A stretch of 64,000 nt of DNA from NCBI GenBank assembly GCA_048938005.1, contig JBHLMQ010000008.1:43224-107223 (forward strand), written 5' to 3'. Each line of letters begins with the position of its first letter. Positions within the stretch are counted from its first letter, which is position 1. Of the stretch, positions 18,279 to 28,711 are shown piece after piece. Below the pieces are notes generated by a model that saw only the letters and a list, made by a program, of their open reading frames with translations, made no database searches and was not told the DNA's origin. Made by a program: the position numbers and the translations under genes. The stretch comes from Promethearchaeota archaeon (GTDB lineage: Archaea > Asgardarchaeota > Lokiarchaeia > Sigyniarchaeales > SOKP01).

Positions 18279-20184
18279 GTGTGAGTTAAAATTGAAAAAT
18301 ATTAATGAGATAATTCTGTTAAAATTAGGCGGTAGTATATTAACTGATAAGAATAAACCTTTTTCTCTTAGAGAAGAGATTTTAGAAAAATGTCTTAATC
18401 AAATTATTGAAAGTAAAAAACCAATTATTTTAATCCATGGAGGTGGATCATTCGGGCATCCAATTGCTAAAAAATATCAAATTTCTCAAGGATTAAATAA
18501 ATCTGTTAAGGATCAGATAATAGGGCTTTCCAAAACCCATGAAACTATGAATAATTTTAATTCTATAATAATAAAGAAATTATTAGATAAAGGATATCCA
18601 GCAATTTCGATTCAACCTTCTAGTATTTTTATAAAAGATTTTAATCAAATAAATATAAAAACTATAGAACCAATTGAAAAATTGCTTGAACTTAGAATAA
18701 TGCCCGTTCTATATGGTGATATTATTTTAAGTTGGGATTCTTATTTTTCAATTCTTTCAGGAGATCAAATTATTTTAAAATTATGCGAGAAAATTCAAAA
18801 TTTTAAGATTTCAAAAGTTATTTTTGCTATTGAAAAGGATGGCATATACATTGAAGATAATGGAAAAACTAAACTTGCTTTAAAATTAAAAACCAAAGAT
18901 TTAGCTGAATTAAAATTAGCCAACTTAGATCAAAAAATAGATGTAACTGGAGGTATAAAAGGGAAACTTGAAACTATTAAAGAGATTATAAATTTCAATA
19001 TCCCTGTTCAAATTATTAATGGGCTTAAAAATAAAAATATCCTTAAAGCATTAAATAACCAATATTTAGAATGCACTAATATTGAAGTATCTCCCGATGA
19101 AAAATTTGTTAGAAAACTGTACAATAGGAAGATAGAACACATTAAAATACCTTTAGAGTATAATGTTCAACATAGAAAGAATTATTTTGATGATATTAAT
19201 CTAATTCATTATCCCCTCCCAGAGATTGAATTAGATGACATTAATCTTTCTGTAGATTTCTTTAAAAAGAAAGTATCCGCTCCTATATGTATAGCCGCAA
19301 TTACGGGAGGGCATGAAATTTCCAAAGCAATTAATAATATCTTAGCAAACGCAGCAAAGACAGAAAATATTATTATGAGTGTTGGTAGTCAGCGAATAGG
19401 ATTAGAGGATCCCTCTACTATTGATTCTTTTAAAATTGTTCGTGATGTCGCACCCTCTATTCCTGTAATAGGAAATTTAGGAATAGGACAGATATGCGAT
19501 CCCGATTTCAATTTAGATGTTTTTAAAAAATGCATTGAAATGATTAATGCGGATGTTATGGCTATACACTTCAATGCTTTACATGAACTAGTTCAAAGGG
19601 AAGGAAACATTTCCTATAAAAATTTTGAAGAAAAATTCAAAGAAATAAGAAAAAATTTGAAGATTCCTATTATAGCAAAAGAGGTTGGCACAGGCTTTAA
19701 TAACGAGTTGGCTTTAAAGCTAGATTTACTCGGATTTGATGGATTTGATGTTGGAGGAACAGGAGGTACTAGTTTTGCTGCAATAGAGTCAATACGTGAT
19801 GAAGATAGCTATGAAGTTTACACTCGGAAAATAGCAGAGACTTTTAGAGAATGGGGCATTCCAACACCAATTAGTATTATGAATGTCAGAAAAGTATCTA
19901 AAAAATTAATTATAGCAACTGGAGGTTTACGATCTGGTATAGATATTGCCAAATCAATTGTTTTAGGTGCTGATATTGGGGGTTTTGCATTTAAATTTTT
20001 AAAGACAGCATGGAGAGACTATAAAAACAACACACAGTCGAATACACTCAAAGAAATAAAAACTTTGAAGCAAGAATTAAGATCTTCCATGTGGTTGATG
20101 AATATGGATAATCTTAAAAAATTAAAAAGCAATAACGACAAAAGGGTATTAGTGGGCGAATTGTATCAATGGGTCAATCAATAA
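18271..20184 (+). CDS. Fused isopentenyl phosphate kinase and type 2 isopentenyl-diphosphate isomerase
   Basis: N-terminal 'LKLGGSILTDK', 'HGGGSFGH', 'SGDQI', 'DVTGGI'. C-terminal 'RKIEHI', 'AITGG', 'VGSQR', 'KEVGTG', 'GGTSFAAIE', 'EWGIPT'. Confidence 0.93.
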   Translation: MDECELKLKNINEIILLKLGGSILTDKNKPFSLREEILEKCLNQIIESKKPIILIHGGGSFGHPIAKKYQISQGLNKSVKDQIIGLSKTHETMNNFNSIIIKKLLDKGYPAISIQPSSIFIKDFNQINIKTIEPIEKLLELRIMPVLYGDIILSWDSYFSILSGDQIILKLCEKIQNFKISKVIFAIEKDGIYIEDNGKTKLALKLKTKDLAELKLANLDQKIDVTGGIKGKLETIKEIINFNIPVQIINGLKNKNILKALNNQYLECTNIEVSPDEKFVRKLYNRKIEHIKIPLEYNVQHRKNYFDDINLIHYPLPEIELDDINLSVDFFKKKVSAPICIAAITGGHEISKAINNILANAAKTENIIMSVGSQRIGLEDPSTIDSFKIVRDVAPSIPVIGNLGIGQICDPDFNLDVFKKCIEMINADVMAIHFNALHELVQREGNISYKNFEEKFKEIRKNLKIPIIAKEVGTGFNNELALKLDLLGFDGFDVGGTGGTSFAAIESIRDEDSYEVYTRKIAETFREWGIPTPISIMNVRKVSKKLIIATGGLRSGIDIAKSIVLGADIGGFAFKFLKTAWRDYKNNTQSNTLKEIKTLKQELRSSMWLMNMDNLKKLKSNNDKRVLVGELYQWVNQ

Positions 20185-20229
20185 GTATCAAAATTGTAAC
20201 TAACTTTAAGATATCTCTTATTGAGATTC

Positions 20230-20613
20230 TTAAGTTTTTTCTTCAAGAACGTCCTTTATTTCATTTATAAAATCAGAAAAAGTATCAATATTTCCTTTGA
20301 AATTTTTTATTTCCTCAGAATAGAGTTTCAAGAATTTTTTTGAGATTTTTTGCAATTCTTTGTTTACTTTCTTTTGATTGAATTTTTTTGAGGAATTAGC
20401 CACAAATATAAGCTCATCTCTCTTTATTATTGTGAATCTTATATCTTTTAATTCAAAATTTGATAATCCTCCTTCTGCTAATTGTTCAGCAAACATATTT
20501 AAAGCAGTCATCATTGCTCCGAAAAGCTGAGGAGAAACTGCTTTATCAAACTCTCTATGAAAAATAACTATCCCAGACTGTTCTAAAATCCAAATATCTT
20601 GGAGCATTTTCAT
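20230..20613 (-). CDS. Stand-alone longin-like domain protein
   Basis: 'IWILEQSGIVIFHR...LFGAMMTALNMFAEQL' pattern and size typical of Asgard longin domains. Confidence 0.7.
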   Translation of the reverse strand: MKMLQDIWILEQSGIVIFHREFDKAVSPQLFGAMMTALNMFAEQLAEGGLSNFELKDIRFTIIKRDELIFVANSSKKFNQKKVNKELQKISKKFLKLYSEEIKNFKGNIDTFSDFINEIKDVLEEKT

Positions 20614-20729
20614 TTGAATTCCTCTTTAAATCTCTTTATACCAATTTCTCATAAAAAATAATCTTAAAATGAACTTCGTTTAAAATTTATTTTTGTTGGA
20701 ATAAATATTTTTTTAATTGGATTTTTTCC

Positions 20730-21797
20730 TTAGAATTTCCTTTTTATAACAAAATTTAGTAGATCTTCAAAGAATTCCATTTCTGTTTCGGTTATTTCAT
20801 TTTTTAATTTATCTAGAGATAATCTCGCTTCTTTAAAATATGAATTTGCTAATTCTTTGCACGAATTAACAACATTTGATTTAAGAAACAAATCCTTAAC
20901 GCTTTGAACATCTCTTTTCGTCATATCTGGCTTTTCTATTAATTCCTCGAGTCTCATCCTCTCCTTATCTTCTAATTTATTAAGGGCATCAATTAATAAA
21001 CAACTCTTTTTTCCCTCTCTAATATCTCCATCTGTTGGTTTTCCAGTTATTTTTTCATCGCCAAATGTCCCTAATATATCATCAATTATCTGAAAAATAA
21101 TACCAAGATTTATTCCATAAATTGAAAGTTCCTTCAATATGTTTCCATCAACACTTGCATAATTAGCTCCAATTAGAATCGATTTCTCAAGCAAAGCTCC
21201 AGTTTTTAGTGAAACCATCTTAATATAATCCGAAATTGTAAGATTTTTTTGGTTAACCATGTCGGTTTCAATTAAAACACCATTGACAATATCTACAAAT
21301 GCTTGTTCATAATATTTTATTGCGTTTAAATTTAAATCTCTATTAAAATCGTTTGAAAAATACGCTTCTAATCCTATAATAAATGCTGAATCGCCTCCAA
21401 TTATTCCTACAGAATTACCAAAATCAACATCAATCATCTTTTTCAAATTATATTGTTTATGATAATTACGGAATCTGAAATGAAAAGTAGGTTTCCCTCT
21501 TCTAAAATTATCTTTATCAATAATATCATCATGAATTAAAGAAGCATTATGAAGAAATTCTACTCCAACACTAGGTAAAACGATTCTTTTTTCTTGAGTT
21601 TCCCTAAAAGCATTAAAAGTAGCTATGCACAATAATGGTCTGATTCTCTTTCCACCTGATAGAAAATAATCCTTGAGTTCTGAATAGTAATCTATAAGAA
21701 AAGGATTTTCTACACTATTCAGTTTCTTATCATAAATTAACTTTATTGCCTTATTAATTTCAGGAACATATTTTTTTGCATATTCAGTAAATTTCAT
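20730..21797 (-). CDS. Polyprenyl (geranylgeranyl) diphosphate synthase
   Basis: 'GGKRIRP', 'SLIHDDIIDKDNFRRG', 'KTGAL', 'FQIIDD', 'DIREGK'. Confidence 0.93.
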   Translation of the reverse strand: MKFTEYAKKYVPEINKAIKLIYDKKLNSVENPFLIDYYSELKDYFLSGGKRIRPLLCIATFNAFRETQEKRIVLPSVGVEFLHNASLIHDDIIDKDNFRRGKPTFHFRFRNYHKQYNLKKMIDVDFGNSVGIIGGDSAFIIGLEAYFSNDFNRDLNLNAIKYYEQAFVDIVNGVLIETDMVNQKNLTISDYIKMVSLKTGALLEKSILIGANYASVDGNILKELSIYGINLGIIFQIIDDILGTFGDEKITGKPTDGDIREGKKSCLLIDALNKLEDKERMRLEELIEKPDMTKRDVQSVKDLFLKSNVVNSCKELANSYFKEARLSLDKLKNEITETEMEFFEDLLNFVIKRKF

Positions 21798-21950
21798 TAA
21801 AATATACTTTTCTACTTATTGGATAATAGTATTTTAATTGAATTATGCTGCAATAATTTTAGTCAAATAAAAATGCTTCCCAATTTTCAATATTATTAAA
21901 TAATGGAGAAATTCATAAATAATATTTAAAATCCAAAATTTTATCTTTAT

Positions 21951-24761
21951 TCACATGATTAAATCAAATTCAATCTTGATTGTTGCTATTACATGTGGTT
22001 CCAATAATATTTCAATTTTATTTTTATTAAAGTTATGAATTTCTGCTTTAATTAGATTTTTCGGTGTTTCTTCTAATAAATTCACAATCACAGCATTCTT
22101 TATTAATAATCCTTTATAAAAACTCAATCTCGCTTTTTGTGAAGAAGGAGCAATATTATAAATCCGAACAATTAAACAATTTTCTTTTTCCGATTTTTTC
22201 AAAGCGCTTAGAATAATATTCTTATTATTCCACTCAAGAAAACTTATTTCAGTTGGTAAGTAAGAGTTCATTTTTTTTTCTGGTAATTTAATTGAGTCAG
22301 ATAATACTCCCAGTCTCGATAATATTAATAAATCTGTCCTTTTTAGAGGGGATTTTAACATTAGCGGAAATAAATGTTTTAAAGGGCAATTGAATTCTTT
22401 TCCTTTAATGTGGACTTCTGAATCCAGCCAATTTGTTTCATATTGTTCGATAACTAAAGATAATTCAAATGTATGATTTCCAATGCATTGAGCTCCAGGA
22501 GTTTTAATACTTAGTCCGGCGTCAAATCTTCTAGAATCTAAATTAGGTCTTGAAAACCACTCAATACTGCGTAGAAGAGTTATTCCTATTGAAATTGTGC
22601 CATCTTCATTTTTGATTGCTTCATATTCTGGTAATCCTCGATTTAATATTGCTAAACATTTTGAATTATCATATAATGCTATAAAATCCTTTTGATGATT
22701 TGTTCTTGAAGGTTTTTGGGCCCAATGTCTAGCTTTAGGTAAGTTAATATCTCTAGGGACAACAAAAAACTGTCCATCACAGAATATCTTGTCTGTTTTA
22801 ATGTTTGAGGGAAAAAGCACTCTAATCCTGTGATCTTTGCTTTGATTTTCCAACTCTATTTTAAAATCTATGCGATTGATGTTTTTATAAAGTGAAATGT
22901 ATAAATTGATATTGTTTTCAATAAGATGAGTTTTTCGCTGAAGACGATCTTCAGATAATGATAGTGGTAATTTCATTATCATTTTGATCTTAATTGTTTT
23001 TTGAGAAGAACCATTTAGAAAAGGCTCTATTTCTACAATTTCAGCATCCTTGGTTGTAAATTTTTTGTCAATTTGTTTACGTACGGGTCCTGAAAAATCA
23101 TACTGATCCCCCCAATCACCAATATCCTCAAATTGACATACATTTTTTAACCATAAAGCTCTAATTTTATCATAGATATTGATTTGGCCATTTTTTTTTA
23201 CATTAACCTTATAAAATTCATTTTCAACTGAATAATCACTAATCTTAAAGTCTACTTCCTTAATTATACTACTTCTTGCTTCTTCTTCCAGTATTATATA
23301 ATATGTCTTATAACCGCATGCTGGGACATCAGCTAAAAATGAAAAACAATAAGTTATGTCTGTTTCTCCACAAAATCTAGGATCTCCTGGTATAGAATAA
23401 CCTTGATAGTCAATTTCTTTCTCATCTGAATCTACTAATTTAAATTTTTTTGGAAATTTATCACGTATTTTGTATACTTTTGAAATTCCATTGAATATTA
23501 CAATATCTCTACGTTTCCAGGGTAATGGATTAAAAACTATTAAAGCAATTTTATTACTTACTTGAGGTAGAATATTAATTAAGTTCGAAAGATACAAAAA
23601 TGAGAGATTGAAAACCTCATTTCCTATTTGATCTGCCCAATCAAACCTAGTTACCATCTCTTCATGGACTTGGTCAATAGAACACCCACAAATTGAATCA
23701 TGAGGATGATTTTTGATGAACCATTTCATTCCAGTAAGAAGGTAAGAACTAGGATATTCAAATTTATGATATTTATCAAGAATCCATGTAATCGCTGAAA
23801 TCGGTTCAGCATATTTTTCAAATAAATATTCTATTTCTGTATTTCTTTGTTTTATCCACATTCTAGCAGATAAAACTCCAGATAGAATAGGGGAATATTT
23901 ACTACCTCTAAGCTCGCCTCGATAAGATATTAAATTAAGTTTTTTTGACATAACTTTATCGATATAATATTCAAAGTCGTTTTGCTCTAATAATACATCA
24001 GGATATAACTCATTCCACTGTCGAACTATCTCAGGAATTTCTGCGCATGCCTCTCGATGATCTGAACCATTGTTAAGCAATACAATAGGTGATGCAATAT
24101 ATTGTTCGATATCAGTAGTTACCCTCTTTATCTTCTCCAACGCTATTTTATACTTACCATCTTCTAAAGAAGTATCTAGATCTACTAATGAACCATATCC
24201 TCTAATTAAATGAATAGCCAAAATTGATGCTGATTTTCCTGGAGATTCCCAAATGAATTCCATATTTAGTGCATTCTCTTCAAACTCATTACCAAAACCT
24301 CTCTCAAAAATAATAGAGGAGAGATTAAACCCGCTTACAATTTGTGGTAATTGAGCTATATGACCAAAAGGATCTGGAATGTAAGCTATTTTCATAACCC
24401 TTCCAAACTTCTTAGCAAATTCATATCCAATTAAAATATTTCTTATTAGCGATTCACCACTGATTAAAAACTCATCAGGTAAAACGTACATAGGACCAAT
24501 AGAAAGCCTTGCTTCTTTTACATATTTTTTAATTTCTTCTTTTCTTTCAGGACGCACTTCTAAATAATCCTCTATAGGAATCGTTTGTCCGTCTAATGTG
24601 AAATTTCTATAATTAGGGTCATCTCGTAGAATAGTCAATAATTTATCCATCATAATTACAAGTCTAGCGCGAAATTCTTGAAAAGTTAGGTACCATTCTC
24701 TATCCCAATGCGTATGCGGGACGATTATAATATTATTTGCTTTCATACTTATTATACTCAA
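21951..24761 (-). CDS. Glycoside hydrolase family 38 alpha-mannosidase
   Basis: 'HTHWDREWY', 'LDGQ', 'PDPFGH', 'HPHDSICGCSIDQVH'. Confidence 0.93.
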   Translation of the reverse strand: MSIISMKANNIIIVPHTHWDREWYLTFQEFRARLVIMMDKLLTILRDDPNYRNFTLDGQTIPIEDYLEVRPERKEEIKKYVKEARLSIGPMYVLPDEFLISGESLIRNILIGYEFAKKFGRVMKIAYIPDPFGHIAQLPQIVSGFNLSSIIFERGFGNEFEENALNMEFIWESPGKSASILAIHLIRGYGSLVDLDTSLEDGKYKIALEKIKRVTTDIEQYIASPIVLLNNGSDHREACAEIPEIVRQWNELYPDVLLEQNDFEYYIDKVMSKKLNLISYRGELRGSKYSPILSGVLSARMWIKQRNTEIEYLFEKYAEPISAITWILDKYHKFEYPSSYLLTGMKWFIKNHPHDSICGCSIDQVHEEMVTRFDWADQIGNEVFNLSFLYLSNLINILPQVSNKIALIVFNPLPWKRRDIVIFNGISKVYKIRDKFPKKFKLVDSDEKEIDYQGYSIPGDPRFCGETDITYCFSFLADVPACGYKTYYIILEEEARSSIIKEVDFKISDYSVENEFYKVNVKKNGQINIYDKIRALWLKNVCQFEDIGDWGDQYDFSGPVRKQIDKKFTTKDAEIVEIEPFLNGSSQKTIKIKMIMKLPLSLSEDRLQRKTHLIENNINLYISLYKNINRIDFKIELENQSKDHRIRVLFPSNIKTDKIFCDGQFFVVPRDINLPKARHWAQKPSRTNHQKDFIALYDNSKCLAILNRGLPEYEAIKNEDGTISIGITLLRSIEWFSRPNLDSRRFDAGLSIKTPGAQCIGNHTFELSLVIEQYETNWLDSEVHIKGKEFNCPLKHLFPLMLKSPLKRTDLLILSRLGVLSDSIKLPEKKMNSYLPTEISFLEWNNKNIILSALKKSEKENCLIVRIYNIAPSSQKARLSFYKGLLIKNAVIVNLLEETPKNLIKAEIHNFNKNKIEILLEPHVIATIKIEFDLIM

Positions 24762-24874
24762 AAATTTCTTAGTCTTTTTTCTTACTAATTGTTAAACATT
24801 TAATTAAATATTATTTTTTTAATAATTTTGAAAATCAATTTCAAAATAGTATTTTTATATAAATATCTATTAGT

Positions 24875-26395
24875 TTAATCCAATATAGATTTTCCAATTA
24901 CACTTGAATGTGGTTTAATTCCTAATAATTCTAATAGAGTCGGAACCATATCTGTTGTTTTACAATATTCCAATTCTTTCTGTGGAAGCTCAAGTGAACC
25001 TCCAATAATAAATGGAATTATCATACACTCTCTAGTTCCAATATCATGAATATAAGGTGAAGCACTTTTAGTTACTCCATGGTCATAATTGAAGCCATAT
25101 TCCCCTAACGTTGAAATAATAATATCGCATGATCGGGGATTTTTAAAATAGCGTGGAATTTGATCAATTATTATAGGGAAATTGATATGATTTGTAGCTT
25201 CTAACCATTCTTCGAGTGTATGAAATTTATTATCCAGAATTTTTGCTGATTTCTCATTATCGCTGTATTGATAAAAATCGTTGCCTTTAAATGTATATTT
25301 GGTTTGTTGATCTTTTCCAAAACCTCTATATTCTATCATTCCATGTCTTTTTTTCCCAGAATTTTTATCAAAATATTCAATATGAATTATTCCTTTTTCT
25401 GGTTTATTATCATCATCTCTATAATACATATATTTTACTCCAGGAATTTCCCATAGAGTATTAAACAAATTCATTTCTTGCTTTCCCTTTCCACTAACCA
25501 TAAATTTCTGCATCTTTTGAATTAAAGGATGATGTTGCCACGTATCCCCTGGAAAATTAAAAAAACCCATTGATCCAATATTACAATCAAAATCTCCAGT
25601 TCCTTTTTCGGGATTATATGGTATTAATCCTTTTTCTTGAAAAAATGGTTCAAGGTCGACAATTTTCTTTGCTTTGAAATTACCGTGATCAGAAATTAGG
25701 CCAATCGCAGTAGAATCATAATATCCTGTTTTTTTCAAAGTATTCATTAAAGATCCTAGATATCTATCGCACTCAACTATTAAATTAATGTAATTAGGGT
25801 GGTCAAATCCTAATTCATGCATAAGATCATCAGTTTGAAAAACATAACCTACACTTAATATTGGAACTTCCTTATTTGGAAAATAAGTTTTAGGATGTTC
25901 AAATGCTTCTATGAGATGTTTAAAGATAGCCTCTACATCGTAAACACTTTTTCCCACAACAAAATATGCTCCACGAAATAAGAAGCAACTGGAACTTAAG
26001 ATATTTCCCTCTGGTATTTGTTCAAAAATCGTTTTTACATTTTTACCAATATCTTTATTTGCTTTTAATAACTGCGATCTATCTCCATAATTACGAATAA
26101 ATGGTGGCTTTTTACTGGTTGATGGTGGATCTTTCCTATTTAACCAATGATAGAGAGGAAGAGCATTCCCTTCTTTAGGAAAATATCCCGAATATGAGCC
26201 AGTAACTATATTACCATAACATGGAAATGTAATTGCGGGATATGATGTAATACAATTTGAACATTTAATTCCATTTTCCGCAATTTGTGCCATATTTGGA
26301 AGCATACCCTCATTCATCAACTTAAATAAATGTTCAGCACGAACATCGTCAAGAATAATCAATATAACTTGGTTAACTTTGGCGCTCCGACTCAT
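24875..26395 (-). CDS. Alkaline phosphatase superfamily / nucleotide pyrophosphatase-phosphodiesterase
   Basis: 'LIILDDVR', 'PAITFP', 'DDLMH', 'SDHG', 'DMVPTLLELLG'. Confidence 0.8.
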   Translation of the reverse strand: MSRSAKVNQVILIILDDVRAEHLFKLMNEGMLPNMAQIAENGIKCSNCITSYPAITFPCYGNIVTGSYSGYFPKEGNALPLYHWLNRKDPPSTSKKPPFIRNYGDRSQLLKANKDIGKNVKTIFEQIPEGNILSSSCFLFRGAYFVVGKSVYDVEAIFKHLIEAFEHPKTYFPNKEVPILSVGYVFQTDDLMHELGFDHPNYINLIVECDRYLGSLMNTLKKTGYYDSTAIGLISDHGNFKAKKIVDLEPFFQEKGLIPYNPEKGTGDFDCNIGSMGFFNFPGDTWQHHPLIQKMQKFMVSGKGKQEMNLFNTLWEIPGVKYMYYRDDDNKPEKGIIHIEYFDKNSGKKRHGMIEYRGFGKDQQTKYTFKGNDFYQYSDNEKSAKILDNKFHTLEEWLEATNHINFPIIIDQIPRYFKNPRSCDIIISTLGEYGFNYDHGVTKSASPYIHDIGTRECMIIPFIIGGSLELPQKELEYCKTTDMVPTLLELLGIKPHSSVIGKSILD

Positions 26396-26514
26396 CTTTA
26401 TCTATTATTTGATAATAATTTATATAAATTTTAAATAAAATATTGTTGTGTAGAATTTGAATTTTTTATTTTAAAATTTAAAAATCTACTGGAATTAATC
26501 AGGAAAACTATATA

Positions 26515-27597
26515 GTGATAATGAAAACTATTCATAAAATTTATTTTAAGGATTCATCTGATATGTGTGAGTTAGAGTCAGATTCAATAGACTTAATGAT
26601 CACATCACCTCCTTATCCTATGATTGAAATGTGGGATTCATTATTTTCTTCTTTAAATGATGAAATTAAACAAGCACTTGATGTAGAGGATGGTAGAAAG
26701 GCGTTTAATTTGATGCATGAAGAATTAGGTAAAGTTTGGAAAGAAGTAGCACGCGTTTTAAAACATGGAGGAATAGGTTGTATAAATATTGGAGATGCTA
26801 CAAGAAAAATAGGTCATAATTTTCAAATATTCCCTAATCATGTTAAAATATCCAATTCTTTTTATGATAACGAATTTATTGAATTACCTTGTATTTTATG
26901 GAGAAAACCGACAAATAGTCCGAATAAATTCTTGGGTTCTGGGATGTTGCCTCCTAATGCGTATGTTACTCTTGAACATGAATATATCTTAATTTTTAGG
27001 AAAGGAGATATTAAGCGTGATTTACCTCCAAAATCAGAAAACAGATATCATAGTGCTTTTTTTTGGGAAGAGAGAAATAAATGGTTTTCAGATATATGGG
27101 AAGATATAAAAGGAACAACTCAAAATTTAGATAAAAATAATGTTAACCAAAATAAAATAAGGGAAAGATCCGCGGCTTACCCATTGGAAGTACCATATCG
27201 TCTAATCAATATGTTTTCATTATACAAAGATACAATTTTGGATCCCTTTTGGGGAATAGGCACAACTACATTAGCTGCAATGCTTTCTGCAAGAAATTCA
27301 ATTGGGTATGAGATTAACTCAGAATTTATGAATTTTTTCAAAATGAATATCCATAAACTTAAACAACTGAATTCTGATATTAATAATGCAAGATTGAATA
27401 AACATATTGATTTTATTAAGAAATATAGTAAGGAAGTCAAAGAGACTAAATATAGATCAGTGCATTATAACGTTCCCGTTATTACAAAACAAGAGAAAGA
27501 AATATTATTATACTCAATAAACAATTATAGTGAAAATAGAAATGAATTTGTGCTCACATATGAAAAATTCAAATTTGACCATAAAACAAAATTTTAA
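26515..27597 (+). CDS. Orphan beta-class DNA methyltransferase (probably N4-cytosine)
   Basis: Catalytic 'TSPPY' precedes SAM-binding 'LDPFWGIGTT'. No nuclease gene adjacent. Confidence 0.88.
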   Translation: MIMKTIHKIYFKDSSDMCELESDSIDLMITSPPYPMIEMWDSLFSSLNDEIKQALDVEDGRKAFNLMHEELGKVWKEVARVLKHGGIGCINIGDATRKIGHNFQIFPNHVKISNSFYDNEFIELPCILWRKPTNSPNKFLGSGMLPPNAYVTLEHEYILIFRKGDIKRDLPPKSENRYHSAFFWEERNKWFSDIWEDIKGTTQNLDKNNVNQNKIRERSAAYPLEVPYRLINMFSLYKDTILDPFWGIGTTTLAAMLSARNSIGYEINSEFMNFFKMNIHKLKQLNSDINNARLNKHIDFIKKYSKEVKETKYRSVHYNVPVITKQEKEILLYSINNYSENRNEFVLTYEKFKFDHKTKF

Positions 27598-27772
27598 TTT
27601 ATGAATGTGTATAACTTAGCTTATAGTTTAAGCTACTATTATATCTAAGCAATACACTTTCTTATAATATTTATATAAATAATTTAACTCTGGACTGAAT
27701 AGTAATAAATGGTGAATCTTAATATTTAATTAAACATATAAACATATACTCTTTTTAAAGGGAGAACTCATT

Positions 27773-28558
27773 ATGAAGGATGATGAAAGTATTTTAAATT
27801 CGTTAAAAAGTCAGATACATAAATTAAAATTGGAATTAGACAAAAAAAATCAAGAAATCAATATCTATAATGAGAAAATCCATGATAATGAAGAGGAACT
27901 TATGAAACTTCATGAGTTTATTTCAAAAACACCCTCTCAAGCAACTTTTCAAAAAATAATTGAAACTAAATATAGTTTTGAATTAAAAGAGAAAGAAAGG
28001 GAAATTAGAGATTTAAAAAATCGTATGGGATTCTTAAGACAAGAAAAAAATGCCTTCCAAAGAGAACTAGAAGAACTTAAAAAAAGAAATAAATCATCAG
28101 CGTTATCTGTAGAGGAGATAAGGGAGAACCAAAAAAAAATCAATGATTTATTAAGTCTTGAGAATTTAGCTATTGAATTACGAAAAGAACTTTATATGCA
28201 AGAAATTTTATTGGGAAATTTCAAAAAAGAAATCGTAAAAAAAGACAAGCAAATTAAAAATTTAAATCTAACTAAAAAAGAATTAAATAAAGAAATTAAA
28301 ATTAAAAATTCACTATTAGAAGGTAAGGTTAATAGAAAAATAAAAAGAGAGTTAAATAAAGAACTGCAAAAGGAACTCAATAAATGTGAAAAACAGATAG
28401 AAGATTTAAGAAATAAATTGATTAAATACAAAAAAGCTAAAGGAGAGAAAATTAAGCATAAAATTGAAATAAATGAACTTAAAAATAAGTTAAATTTTTT
28501 AGAAAAAGAATTGGAAAACAAGGATAGAAAAATTAATGAACTAGAGTCTCAGAAATAA
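27773..28558 (+). CDS. Coiled-coil protein
   Basis: K/E/L-rich heptad pattern over the whole 261 aa. Confidence 0.7.
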   Translation: MKDDESILNSLKSQIHKLKLELDKKNQEINIYNEKIHDNEEELMKLHEFISKTPSQATFQKIIETKYSFELKEKEREIRDLKNRMGFLRQEKNAFQRELEELKKRNKSSALSVEEIRENQKKINDLLSLENLAIELRKELYMQEILLGNFKKEIVKKDKQIKNLNLTKKELNKEIKIKNSLLEGKVNRKIKRELNKELQKELNKCEKQIEDLRNKLIKYKKAKGEKIKHKIEINELKNKLNFLEKELENKDRKINELESQK

Positions 28559-28711
28559 CTATTCCAAAAACCAATATTATTTGAATAAAGATGTTTGCAC
28601 AATCTAAGATAAGAATGAATTTATGAGCCTAATTAGGTATTTTAACAAATTATTTCAAATAAATTCAAAATATCTAAATCTTTCTTAAAATAAAGGATAG
28701 CACGATTTAAA

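Noticed and set aside
27773-28558. SMC or ESCRT-III assignment for the coiled-coil protein
   Set aside because: No Walker motifs or family-specific pattern; low-complexity heptads only.
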